From NCBI RefSeq assembly GCF_009914755.1, contig NC_060934.1: a stretch of 64,000 bases of DNA. One strand, given 5' to 3'. The translations under genes were made by a program, and so were the position numbers. The notes below the pieces were generated by a model. It was given only the letters and a program-made list of their open reading frames with translations, was not told where the DNA came from and did not search any database. Numbering within the stretch: position 1 is the stretch's first letter; each line of letters opens with the position of its first letter. Positions 13,659 to 27,306 of this stretch are shown piece by piece. The DNA is from the human T2T-CHM13v2.0 reference genome, Homo sapiens.

Positions 13659-14826
13659 GCATAGAAAATAGCTGAGGTAATGGGATTCCCAATTTATTAA
13701 CTTCCTTCTTTCATAATAATAAAAATAATGTATTTAATAGCCACTTTCTTTCCTTAAAAGGGCCAAAGTGACAATGTGCAGATGTTCCAAATTGCCATTA
13801 TTTTATTCAAACTGATAACAACGGAGCTGTCCTCTTGCTCTAGCAAAAGAGAATCATTGCCAAACCCGATGTAGAGGGTTGGATAATAAGGACATGGTCA
13901 ACAATAAAGATAACTGTTGCAAAGTAAAACTGCTTAAATTGTCATCAAATACCTCCATCCTCTTCAGTAGGGAAAGGATCCCTACTAACTTTTAGTCGAC
14001 CATGGTGAAAAGAATAAATGTTTCCCAAGTGCATTTTCTTTTCTATAATATTTGATCATTCCATGATGTTACCCAAAAATACATTAGACATACGTTATCA
14101 CTAAAGGGAGATTTAGTATACTGCTCAGTCTGACAACAACCTGGCAAGTTTCATCTATTTGAATCCTACATATTGTTCTTCACATTGTAAAATACAGGAA
14201 GAACAGACATGTTCTGTTCTTCTAACTTACAAATGATAAAAGGTTGTCAGTTAGCAAGCAGCTCCTCATCTCAAGGAAAGTGAGAAAATAGTTAAAATAG
14301 CCGGCTCTCAGTAACTGGGAGACTTTAGCATGAAGTCAAAGTTTGGACTAGATCACATCTAAGAATCTTTTTCAAAGATTTTCTGCACAGTGCTTCCTAA
14401 ACATCTTCCAATACCATTTTTTTTCATTCTTATAATTTATAAGAAAAGCAAGCTGGATCCCGGAAACAGTACTATCACCTGCTGATGATACCACTGCATG
14501 TGTCCTTCAGCTCAGTTAAACCTCCATTTACTCAACAGCAAAATGAATATAATAACATACAGTGTGGGTCCATTTGTGGGAGTCAAGACAAATGGTGTTT
14601 TACAAGGCATATTACAAATATTGGGAATTTTTTGTGTAGGCATGTGCCATGTCCATGAAATTTTCAAGCTAGAAAGGATTTGGAAATCTAATGTTATTTC
14701 ACAAATGAGAACACTATAGCTTAGAAAGGTTGAGTGACTTGTCCCAGGTCACATATGTAGTTAGGGGCAGAATAAGCAATAAAATTCAGACTAAATCTTA
14801 GCCTTTTGTTATAATATCACAACTAA

Positions 14827-15254
<428 letters not shown>

Positions 15255-15289
15255 TGATTTGTTATTTTTAATCTTTCCCAAATAGTATT

Positions 15290-15664
15290 TTCTTTTTTTA
15301 CAATTTTATTTTTATTTCAATAGTTTTGGGGGAACAGGTGGTGTTTGGTTGCATGGGAGAGTTCTTTAGCGGTGATTTCTGAGATTTTGGTGCACCCATT
15401 ACCTGAGCAGTGTACACTGCACCCAGTGTGTAGTCTTTTATCCCTTGCCCCCTTCCCTCCCTTCTCCCTGAGTTCCAAAAGTCCATTATATCATTCTGAT
15501 GCCTTTGCATCCCCATAGCTTAGCTCCTGCTTATAAGTGAGAACATACAATATTTGGTTTTCGATTCCTGAGTTACTTCACTTAGAATATATCGTCTTAA
15601 ACTCCACCCATGTTGCTGCAAATGCCATTAATTTGTTCTTTTTTATGGCTGAGTAGTATTCCAT

Positions 15665-15708
<44 letters not shown>

Positions 15709-15778
15709 ATGTGTATATATATGTATATATATACACATATATATACACCATGGTGTATATATATATACACACACTATG

Positions 15779-15833
<55 letters not shown>

Positions 15834-15903
15834 GGTGTATATATATATATATACATATATACACACACAATGGTGTATATATACATATATACACACACAA
15901 TGG

Positions 15904-15934
<31 letters not shown>

Positions 15935-16322
15935 TACATTCTCTTTATCTACTCATTGGTTGATGGACATTTAGGCTGGTTCCATATTTTTGCGACTGTG
16001 AATTGTGCTGCTATAAACATGCATGTGCATGTGTCTTTTTCATGTAATGACTTATTTTTCTTCAGGTAGATAACCAGTAGTAGGATTGCTGAATCAAATT
16101 GTAGTTCTATTTTTAGTTATTTAAGGCATCTCATACTGTTTTTCATAGTGTTGTACTAGTTTACATTCCCACCAGCAGTGTAAAAGTGTTCCCTTTTCAC
16201 CACATCCATGCCGACATCTATTATTATTATTATTTAATTATGACCATTCTTGCAGGAGTAAGGTGGTATCTTATTGTGGTTTTGATTTGCATTTCCCTGA
16301 TCATTAGTTACATTGAGCATTC
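15290..16322 (-). mobile_element. L1PB-type 3' end
   Basis: ggggaacaggtggtgtttggttgcatg...gatttctgagattttggtgcaccca...ttagctcc...tacattcccaccagcagtg. Confidence 0.9.
15668..15933. repeat. Compound (TA)n / CACA-ATGGTG repeat inside the L1PB
   Basis: TA runs separated by about six cac(a/c/t)atggtg-like spacers. Confidence 0.95.
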
Positions 16323-17269
16323 TATTTTCTAGGGAAGGGAGGTAAGTCAGCATTTATCCACCCCTACTGGTTAATATAATTTAGCACCTTCTCACTTGTA
16401 TTCCTGTCTGTGTCATATTTAATGAGTCAAAGGCTGCATTTAGGGTACACACAGGGCTGAAGCTTATAAAATAAGAGATTGCTATCAGCCTCATAAAAAC
16501 AAGCCAAAAAAAGTATATTTGTTATATCTTGTTATACCTTTAATTCCAGGAACCTTAGACTTGGTGGTTGTTGAATTAAAAAAAATGTTGCAATGACAAA
16601 AATAATACACTGACAAGAATAAAAACAATGATAGGAGATATTTTCTGACACCTATATATTTTGTAATGTTTTTAGTTTCTATATTGATTTAACACCAAGG
16701 GAAGATTATACTTACCATTCTTCCCAGTTTACAAATACATTTTCTACTTCTGAAGGAGGATTCTCAGTTTGGAGTGTAAATGTCACCATTGTTTAAATGC
16801 CACCTAGCTTGTTTATGCATTTGGCATTTGGCCACCTAAATGCGTGGCAACCAATTACTGCATTTCTCATGGGAAAGGACACAATCAGGAGATGGAAGGA
16901 AGACTCGCCTTTTTGTAAAATATGACATTTTGTAAAGCTAATCAATTTACACATGTTTTTCTAGGAGTCTGTCCCATTTTTCATGTTGGGCTATTGTTAT
17001 TATTATTATTATTATTATTAATTTTAGCCAACAATTGGTACATGAACTTGTAACCAGTGTTGAGATTTGGCATCTAAGACTGAACATAATTTGTCATGAG
17101 TGAAACTTTCCACCCCTGTCTTCCATTATTCTCTTTTCCAAACCAGATGGGTAGGCACAGTGGGCAAACTGTTCTTTCCTGTGCAGTTATTTTCACTTAT
17201 TAAAATAGAATAAACAAGTAAACTGACAATTCAACAAAATAATATATGTAAAAAACAGACATTTGGGTG

Positions 17270-17940
<671 letters not shown>

Positions 17941-18890
17941 AAAACACAAAAATTATATTATAGGAATTAGCTAGAGATTGAATCATTACAATTACCCTAT
18001 TTAAGACATTATTTAATTCTTGGAGTTCAACAATTTTTTTATGGCTTATTTTGAGCCAGGTCATGTAATAGGCACAGTACTCTACATAAAAGGTAGCAGC
18101 ATGGTTTCTTCTTTGAAGCACTTACAACCTAGTTGGTATATTACATTGTAAATATCATGGCGGAGAGGATCCCAGGGACATATGGGTAGACACACCAGAC
18201 CAGGTGTAATGGGATAGTTTCCAGAAGGAAGCCTTCAATTGACTCTTGAATATGGAAAAGAAGTGAAGGGAATTAAGATCTGGGTGAATATATAGCTAGA
18301 TTAATGGTATATGGAATTATAAAGTGGCACAACGCAACTGCGCAATTCAGCAATGCTGAATAGAGTGAAAAGCATTGATTTCACTTCTGCTTTGGATGTT
18401 CTTCCACCCATCTTCCCAACCCTGAGTTCCACATGTGCGTGTGTCTCCACCGATTCTTCCAGGCTCAACTCAAACATTACCTCATCCCTCCATGAAGTAT
18501 TCCAGATGTTCACAGAAAGAAATTTCGTTCTTTATAGGTAAGACCCAAGTCTAATTTGTCTCTATTTCTACTATGATGCCCAGGGGATTGCACATAGTAG
18601 GTGGTCAAAAAACATTATTGAATAAATAAAATAAATTAACCTATCAACACAATCTCAAAGTTCATTACCAATTTCAGCTTCTATCTCAAAATAGTCTTAA
18701 CTAGGTTGCTCTCAGTCTCAAAAATGGTTCCCAAACTAATTAGGCTACCATACTTTCTACTTGAAACGTATCATTTTCATTGACCCCTTTCAGTTCCTCC
18801 AATAGTGGCCCTACTCTTTTTTCTTTCTGGTGGTTACTTTCTGGTATCTAGAATCTTAGACATATACTAGATCTTAGAAACCATCTATTT

Positions 18891-19050
18891 CAGTGATCTC
18901 AAACCTGGTTTCACATTTAAATCATTTTTGTGCTCCTTAAAATTATCTGACTGAACCCCATCCTCAGGAAATTCTCATTTAATTGGTCTGAAGTAGGTCT
19001 TAGACACTCCTGAGGTGATTCTAATGTGAAGCCATGACTTAGAACCACTG
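18891..19050. mobile_element. MER5-type hAT-Charlie MITE inserted in a MIR
   Basis: Terminal inverted repeats cagtgatctc...agaaccactg; internal ggtgattctaatgtg. Confidence 0.75.
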
Positions 19051-19248
19051 AAATTCATCATATTACGTATTTTGAAAGCCACTTAATACAAGTGAAGAAA
19101 GTATAATCCAAAAAGATAAAGTGACTTGTCTAAGAGTCACAAAAATAATCTAATTGTGGCAAAGCTATATCTGGAGCCTAATCCTTTCTTTCTTCTCAAA
19201 TTATCAAGTACAAGAATCCTTAGTCATGTTTTCTGAATGCTCCTCCTG

Positions 19249-19250
<2 letters not shown>

Positions 19251-19291
<41 letters not shown>
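19251..19291. repeat. (AC)20 microsatellite
   Basis: Pure AC run. Confidence 0.97.
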
Positions 19292-19292
<1 letters not shown>

Positions 19293-19729
19293 TCTTTCTC
19301 TGAGAATATACACAGGTTGGTCTGCAAGCAATGCTTAGTTTTCATTAAGTCTTTCCTAATTGCCTAGGTTTGAGGAACAGCATTTGTTTTCATGACAGAA
19401 TCGAACTCTGTTTCAGAGTTCAGAGACATACTCACTTATCCGGAATTGACAGCAAAAGGAAGGAATTCCAGAGGTAAGCACGATGAAAAATCTTTACAAA
19501 GATAACCTTAAACTGGATTTGTTTTTCTTTCTTGAGACTAGTTGTGAGAATTTAATGAGATAAGGCACACAAAGTATTAATACTTAGTAAAGCTCTTAGG
19601 TCATATTCTGTCTCTATCAGTCATGACTTCTATTATCATTATCATAGTAGATTAGTGCTGAATTGGCAGCAATGCAGATACTTAATGAACAGAGTAGGGA
19701 AGGAAGTCACATACATACATTGTGCATCT

Positions 19730-19940
19730 TTCTGACATCATTATATATGGACAGTTTAATTTAATTCAAATATTAGCCTTGTGAATTAGGTATTATTGTC
19801 CCAACTTTACATATGAGAAAACTGAAACTCAGAGAGACTTAGTAATTTACTAAGTATTATCCAGCTGGTAAGTGATGGAGCTAGGAGTTGAGCCCTCATC
19901 TAACTGCTCTCAAAGCATATGTGATTTTTTATCCACACCA
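19730..19940 (-). mobile_element. MIR
   Basis: Core ttttacatatgagaaaactgaaactcagagag...gctggtaagtgatggagctagga. Confidence 0.75.
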
Positions 19941-22106
19941 GATTTTCTCAATTTTTGTTATGACATTTTGCAGAAGGAGTTAGATTAAATGCATGGGTAA
20001 CTGACCATAAATGGGAAATTAGGACTATTATTCTTGCAATCCTGACATTTTGAGGTTAATAATAAAATAAGTAAATGTTTTTATCTTTCAAATAATGAAC
20101 ATTGGTGATATTCCAGTTTAAATGTACCACAAACATATGATAGAAACCTACTGTGGAAACCAGGTTGATCCCATGCTCTCCATATACTATGTCCCTTACT
20201 CTCTTTGCTTTTGGTCATACTGTTCATACCACTTGTGATTCCTTCTTTCTTCTTATGCCTCTCCAAATATCCCTCATTCTTTCAGGACCAACAAAGTCCC
20301 ACCTTGCCTGTTCTGATCTACTTAAACCTCCCCTTTCTCGGCATTCATATTGCAAGCATGGTTGGGACCATAAAGATTAGTGTCTTTCTTTGTGAGACAG
20401 CCTTTGTTCAAAAGTATCAGACATGAGTCAAACTAGCTTACACAAGTAAGAGGAAAGAACTAGCAAAACGAAAAGGCATATTTGGTAACCCATGGGCACA
20501 TAATATATCTGGACTTTATGAGGGATTCAAACCAAAATGAGAAAACTTTTCTTTTTCTCTCACCCTCTCTCTCTCTACATCTGTTCCTTGTCTTCTCTCT
20601 TTACACGTGTTTTTCTGTGCCACATTATGGCTGAACTCTCTAAAGGTTACATGTCCTTTTAGGTCAAGTGCACAGTAAAGACTCCTATAATTCGAATTTT
20701 GTGGGAAAGAGACTCTTATTATTCTAGCTTTGCTCATTCAGACTGAGATATAATCACAGCTTCAGTGGAGTTGGGGGTGATCAAATTTACTTCACCATTT
20801 AATAAATTGCTCTGGATCATTCTCTCCTTCTAAATATATAATAAATAGTATTAAAGTTGCAGAAAAATGTAAAGATCCCTATGGAAAAGATAGTGACTTT
20901 TATCTCTTTTGTGCTCTTCACAATGCAGATACTTAACATCTCATGGATGATTAATTTATCAACTGATGGGGTAAGATAAAAAACACTATTGAGACATCTT
21001 GTGTTTCAGTAAGTGGGAGGGTAGGATAATAGATGTTTAGCACCCTACAACCTTGCCAGAATGAAGACACTGCCAAGCCTACATAGAAGGAGCAAGAGAG
21101 ATGCATTGGAATAACCAGGCTTAAACAGAACAAAATGGGACACAGTGGGCAGGAACTGGGTTAATATGATCTCACTGCATGAGGAAACCGTCACTTAAAG
21201 TTACCCTAAGACACTTTGGATGAACATAAAAACATGATCTTTATGTTTTATCTCCAGCTCAGGATGAACAGACTGGAGAAAGAGCATGGATTAGCTTCAG
21301 CATCTCTAGGAAATCAAATCTTTGGAGGACTGGACTATGTAGGGTGATGCTATGGCCTAAGACACTCTTTTCAGCCCACTGTCTATTTTTCCAGCAGGCC
21401 TTTCTTTCTGCAATAGAGCAAAAAAAATTCCTTAGCTATGATCAATGTCTATTTTGGACAAAGGCTCTGAGAATGGCAATCACATCTTACTACAAATGAA
21501 AGCCTTTGTGTGGATCTCCCTAGGAAGTTAGGAATTTTATACTCATCTCTATAAAAACTACTACTTTTATGTAAGTGTGTATTTCTCATAGTGACTAGTA
21601 CATGCCTGAGCATATAGGGATCTTTACACAAAGTACACTCATTGAAGTACAAATGAACTCTGTAGGCTCAGCTAGGTTCAGGTGACCAGTCACTGTCTAG
21701 TGAATAAGGGGGTAAAACTGGAAGACTATGGATGAGAAAATCAAACATTTATGTGATGTGAATACTTTCTTCCTTTATCAAAAGACTGCCAACATTCAGC
21801 AGGCAAGAATACAAGAACTCTTAAAGTGATGGGGCCTTCCTTTTGGCCAAGAACTAAGACTATCTAAGAAACCAAACCACCTGTCCAAATTTGGGTACAT
21901 TAGCCTACGTCTTCTGTGCCTTAGGGCTTAATAATAATTTTTACCTGTCCTACTGACAAGAAAGACAGATTTTTAAAAATATAGGAAATAGACTAACTAT
22001 GATATCTGATTCAAATCTAACCATGTCTAAAACAAGCCACATAAAATTCATATATAAATCAAATGTATATATCCTTAATCTTGATATGCGATAGATCCAT
22101 CTCACT

Positions 22107-22710
22107 TGTAGTTGGCAGAATTCATAGATGGACCCACATTCCTACTCCATTGGATAGTCCTCTTCCCCTCTACAGGCAGAACCTGTGAATATGATGAGAT
22201 AGTTACTCCTTTGATTAGGTTATGTTATATTTGACAAGTGGTGATGGGATAGTCACTTCTATTATTATTTTACATGATGTAAGACTTCCTTATAGCAGAC
22301 TGGAGTGGAATTAAGAAGTCAGAGAGATGCACTCCTGCTGCCTGGATGAAAGCAAATAGGTTTGTGTAAACTGCCATGGAGCCATGAGGGAAGGAATGGA
22401 GGTCACCTCTAGGAGCTGAGAGCTGCCCTGGCTGACAACTAGCAAGAAGATGAGACTGCAGTAAAATAGCTGCAAAAAAATGAATTTTGCAAAGAAAAAA
22501 TTTCTGAGATTGGAAAAGGATCCTGAGCCTCGGGTGATAACTGAATCCCCGGACAATGCTTTGATTTCAGCCTGGTGATATTCTGAGTGGAGTACTCAGC
22601 TAACATGAACCTGGACTCCTGATCCATGGAAATTGTAAGGTAATAAGTGGGTGTTGTTTAAACCATTACACTTGTGGTAATTTTTACACAGTAATAGAAA
22701 ACTATCAGAC
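22107..22710 (+). mobile_element. MaLR solo LTR, MLT1E-like
   Basis: tgtagttggcagaatt...ctctaggagctgagagc...ttgatttcagcctggtga...tgtggtaatttttacacagtaatagaaaacta. Confidence 0.85.
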
Positions 22711-24205
22711 TGTTCAAGTAGTCAGTACACTCATTTACTAATTGACTAAACATTTAGTGGGAAACTACTTCATACTAAATAGCATAATATGAAATGGAGA
22801 GCAAGAGTCAAATGTGACCATCCACTACCCCTATGAAAATGGCAAAATGTTTCTTAGAAATGCATGTACCTTTAAATAGAGAAATTATTTCCTGAACTTC
22901 TCAGAATATGGTCTTGTTTTTATTAGGCATAAATAAATAGATACACATAACAAAAGAGACTAACTAGAATTTACACCCAGACTTCAAGGTTTTCACAGAA
23001 TTGAAACTGATTCCTTCATGTTGCAACTGTTTGCTTTCCCACCCATTTTTCTCTTTTCCTGTCCAAGCCAGAAACAAAAGACAAAAGTCCCAGTTTATGA
23101 GAAAAATATTTGTAGGGCAAAGGATTTTCCAAATTTCTGAGATGCCTGGACTTGCAAAAGTATCCTTTCTTCTCCCGAAGGTTTTTAGCCCAACCAGGCA
23201 GAGGTTGAGATACGTGGCTGCAAAAACCATCTGTGGAGTCCTTGCTTCAGCCAAACTAAGCTAGGAGAGACAGTGAATGACATATGGCTATAGAATACCA
23301 AGGGTTGATGAAATTCTTTATAGCTTCTCTGACTATAACTCTTGCATAAAACAGCCCCTCCCAGCTACCATCTTTGCCACAACACCTACGCGCACAGAGC
23401 CTATTTTCGTTGTTTCACACCTCTTTCATTCCAGATGGCAAAACTGCAAGTATTTTTTCTTATATTAGAACTTTTAAAGTCCAATTTAATTTGTATAGCC
23501 TGAAATACAATTTGTCCCTTTGGAAGTTTGTTTTTCTTTAACTCTTTTAGCTTCTGTATTTGGGTAACAAAACTAGAGACTTGGGGCAGCAAGAGTGATT
23601 AGAAGCATTTGATATTTCTACGAAGTGACCAATGGCCCAAATTGAGAAATGAAAGAGAAAGAGAAATACAAATAAAAGAGGGAGAGGGAAAAAGAGAGAT
23701 TAAGAGAGGCAGAGAAAGGGAGACAGAAAGAGAGGCTCAAGGGATGGGGCTACTTCTATCATTGAACAGCTAATGAATATGCAGGAGATTCTACGCTAAA
23801 CATTTTGACTGATCAGTGATAAATCTGACAAACTGTCTATCCTCTAAGCCTTCACCATATAACAAAGGAAAGGTACGTAAATCTAATTAATCACAATTTC
23901 CAGCAGGCCATGAAAAGCATTCTAACACAGGTGAAGGGGGCCAAAAAATGAGAGAGGGATTCTGCCTGGCCCTTGTGGGAAGACTGCCTGGTAGCTTAGG
24001 AATAAGGAATTGGAATGGATTTTGAAATGGATGGAGACCAAAGAACTTCTTCAAGGCAAATCATCCCTCTAAGCTCACCTCAGGGGCATGTCTAGTAAAG
24101 ACTTCAAGTTTTGTGGTTTTAGCCTTGTCATATACCAAATAAAATATGCTAAATGTTTATTTTCACTAATTATTACTTACTGATACTTAATTGTAGTTGT
24201 AGTTC

Positions 24206-24565
24206 TGTCTTAGTCCATGTGTACAGCTGTAACAAAATGCCTCCAAAAGGGTAATGTGTAAGTGAGAGAAATTTGTTTCTCACGGTTCTGGAGCCTGGGA
24301 AGTCCAATATCAAGGCACTGGCAGATTTGGTGTTGATGAGGGCCTGGTCTCTGTGTTCAGTTTTGCTTGTTTCTGTGTCCTTGCATGAAAGAAGGCAGAA
24401 GGGCAAAAAGGGCCTAGCAAGCTTTCTTCAGTGCTAATCCCATTCATGAGGGCAGAGACCTCGTAGCCTAATCACCTTCTAAAGGCCTCACCTCTTAATA
24501 CTGTTGAATTGAGATTAAGTTTCAACATGAATTTTGAATGAGACACAAACACTGAAACCATAGAA
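24206..24565 (-). mobile_element. MaLR solo LTR, MSTD-like
   Basis: tgtcttagtcca...ttctcacggttctggag...ctaatcccattcatgagggcaga...ttaagtttcaacatgaatttt...aaaccatag. Confidence 0.85.
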
Positions 24566-24569
24566 GATA

Positions 24570-24848
24570 TAATAGGCTCTTCTTACATTACTATAAAAAA
24601 ATACATGAGGCTGTGTAATTTATAAATAAAGAAGGTTTAATTGGCTCATGGTGCTGCAGATTTTACAGGAAGCATGGTGGTGGTAAGGCTTTAGAAGGTA
24701 ACAATCAGGGCAGAAGTTGACGGGGGAGCAGATATGTCACATGGTCAGAACAGGAGCAAGAGAGAGTCTGGTGGGAAGGTGTCACATACTTTTATATGAC
24801 CAGATCTCATCAGAACTCACTATCGCAAAAACAGCACCATACCATGAC
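24570..24848 (-). mobile_element. Partial MaLR LTR, MSTA/MSTB-like
   Basis: ggtttaattggctcatgg...tacaggaagcatgg...aggagcaagagagag...ccagatctca...gaactcactatc; truncated. Confidence 0.8.
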
Positions 24849-24871
24849 TCAAGTCCCAGCCTACATCTTTC

Positions 24872-25233
24872 TCACATGATCACAAGGTCCCACAATAGGC
24901 CATCTGCCTGCTGAGGAGCAATGAGATCCAGTCTGAGTTCCAAAACTGAAGAACTTGAGTCTGATATTTGAGGGCAGGAAGCATCCAGCATGGGAGAAAG
25001 ATGTAGGCTGCGAGGCTAGGCCAGTCTCTCTTTCCACATTTTTCTGCCTGTTTATATTATAGCTTCACTGGCAGCTGATTAGATGATGCCCACCCAGATT
25101 AAGGGTGGGTCTGCCTTTCCCAGCTCACTGACTCAAATGTTAGTCTCCTTTGGCAACATTATCACAGACACACCCAGGATCAAAACTTTGTGTCCTTCAA
25201 TCCAATAAAGTTGACACTCAGTATTAACCATCA
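24872..25233 (-). mobile_element. Partial ERVL LTR, MLT2A-like
   Basis: gatcacaaggtcccacaataggccatctgc...gagggcaggaagcatccagcatgggagaaagatgtaggctg...gttgacactcagtattaaccatca. Confidence 0.9.
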
Positions 25234-25289
25234 TGCTATCTATCTGTTGTTAGGATATTTAACAGATATCTATATTTCTATAGATGGAT

Positions 25290-25795
25290 ACATATGAAGA
25301 AATTCACCATGAGGGATTGGCTTACATGACTGTGGAGGTTGAAAAGTCCCATGATTTGCCATCTACAAGCTGGAAGTCCAGGAAAGCTAGTGGTGTAGTT
25401 CTAGTTTGAGTCTAAAGGCCCAATACCTGGGAGTATCAATGTCTTAGGAAAGGAGAAAATGAATGTTCCAGCTCAAGCAGAAAGAATAAATTCACTCTTC
25501 ATCCACCTTTTCATTCCATTCAGACCCTCAGTTGATTGGATGATGCCTGTACACATTGGTGAGACATCTATTATTAGTCTTATTTGTTATCCTTACTGTT
25601 AGACCCTGACTTTCCTAACTTTATTGCCTTTCCCCCACCAGGTGAATTCCAGTGTTCTGTCTTTAGACAGTCTACTGATTCAAATGCTAATATCTTCCAG
25701 AAACAACCATATGGATACATCCAGAAATAATGTTTCACCAGCTATGTAAGCATTCCTTAGCCCAGTAAAGTCGACACATAAAATTAACCCTCAGA
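25290..25795 (-). mobile_element. Older ERVL LTR, MLT2B/C-like, with an internal insertion of about 90 bp
   Basis: aagtcccatgatttgccatct...gattggatgatgcc...ctactgattcaaatgctaat...gacacataaaattaacc. Confidence 0.85.
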
Positions 25796-26335
25796 GTTGG
25801 CATGATATTTTATCCTTATTCTTAAACCATTTTATGAGTAAGCAATATGATTGTAAAATGATGAGGCTATTTTTTTCCCTGTAGATACAAATGTTATAGT
25901 TAATAGTATAAATAAGTCTTTTCCCTTGTAGAAGAAATTATTTAATCTCTCCTCATTGTTATGACATATACATTATAATAGATTCCCTGCCATACAAATA
26001 TTAGGGTTAATATAGGTAAAGTACCTATATTAATACTGATATTAAAGAACTGTCAATATATTGTAGCTATAGTTATTAAATATCAACACAATGTGAAGCA
26101 TACTTGAGTTGAAGGACAGTTGTATATATTTTAAGGTAGATGTCTCAAAATGAAACAACTAAGAGATATTTTTATTTTTCATAAATGATTCTTTTTCCAC
26201 TCTTCAAATGCTTAATTCACAACATGGAGTTATCCTTCCTGTTAGACTCAAACTTTCTTAAATTCAAGCTTAAAATATCTGACTTTCCTAACTTTATTGC
26301 CTTCCCCCACCATGTGAATTCCAGTGTTCTCTCTA

Positions 26336-26720
<385 letters not shown>

Positions 26721-26730
26721 CATTGCAGGC

Positions 26731-27139
26731 TGCTATGGTTTGGAGAATTGTTCCCCAGAGATTCTATTGAAATTTGATCTTAATGTTGGAAATGGGAGCC
26801 TAATGGGAGGTGTTTGCGTCATAGGTATGGGCCCCACATGGATAGATTAATGCCTGCCCTTAGGGAAGATCAGTGAGTTCTTGCTCTATTGGTTCCCCAC
26901 AAAGCTGGTTTTTTAGAAAACCTGGAACCTCCCCTCTCCTTCTCTTGCTCCCCTCTTGTCATGCGATTCCTGCACGTGCTGGCTCCCCTTTACTTTCTGC
27001 CATGAGTGGAAGCAGCCTGAGGCTTTCACCAGATTCCCAATCTTTCAGCCAGTGGAATCATGAGCCAAATAAACCTTTTTTCTATATAAGTTACCCCTCC
27101 TCAGGTATTCCTTTATAGCAATTCACATAGACTAGGACA
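26731..27139 (+). mobile_element. MaLR solo LTR, MSTB-like
   Basis: tgctatggtttgg...gcctaatgggaggtgttt...ccatgagtggaagcagcctgaggc...tcaggtattcctttatagca...actaggaca. Confidence 0.88.
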
Positions 27140-27306
27140 CAGTTCTTGCCTCAAAAATAAAGCTCAGACATGGCATATAGACTTTATCTTTTTCAATAAT
27201 ATTAGGTCTCCTGCACCCATCAAAGTATTCGATGGATTGTAAACTGCACTCCTCTAAGTGGAGGAGACATGAGCCCTTTATATGTACTGGTCACTTGTTG
27301 AGGTAT

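Noticed and set aside
15578-16069. YI-rich ORFs, and likewise the KERK-rich ORFs at 62.0-62.3 kb
   Set aside because: Translations of (TA)n and (GAAA)n microsatellites.
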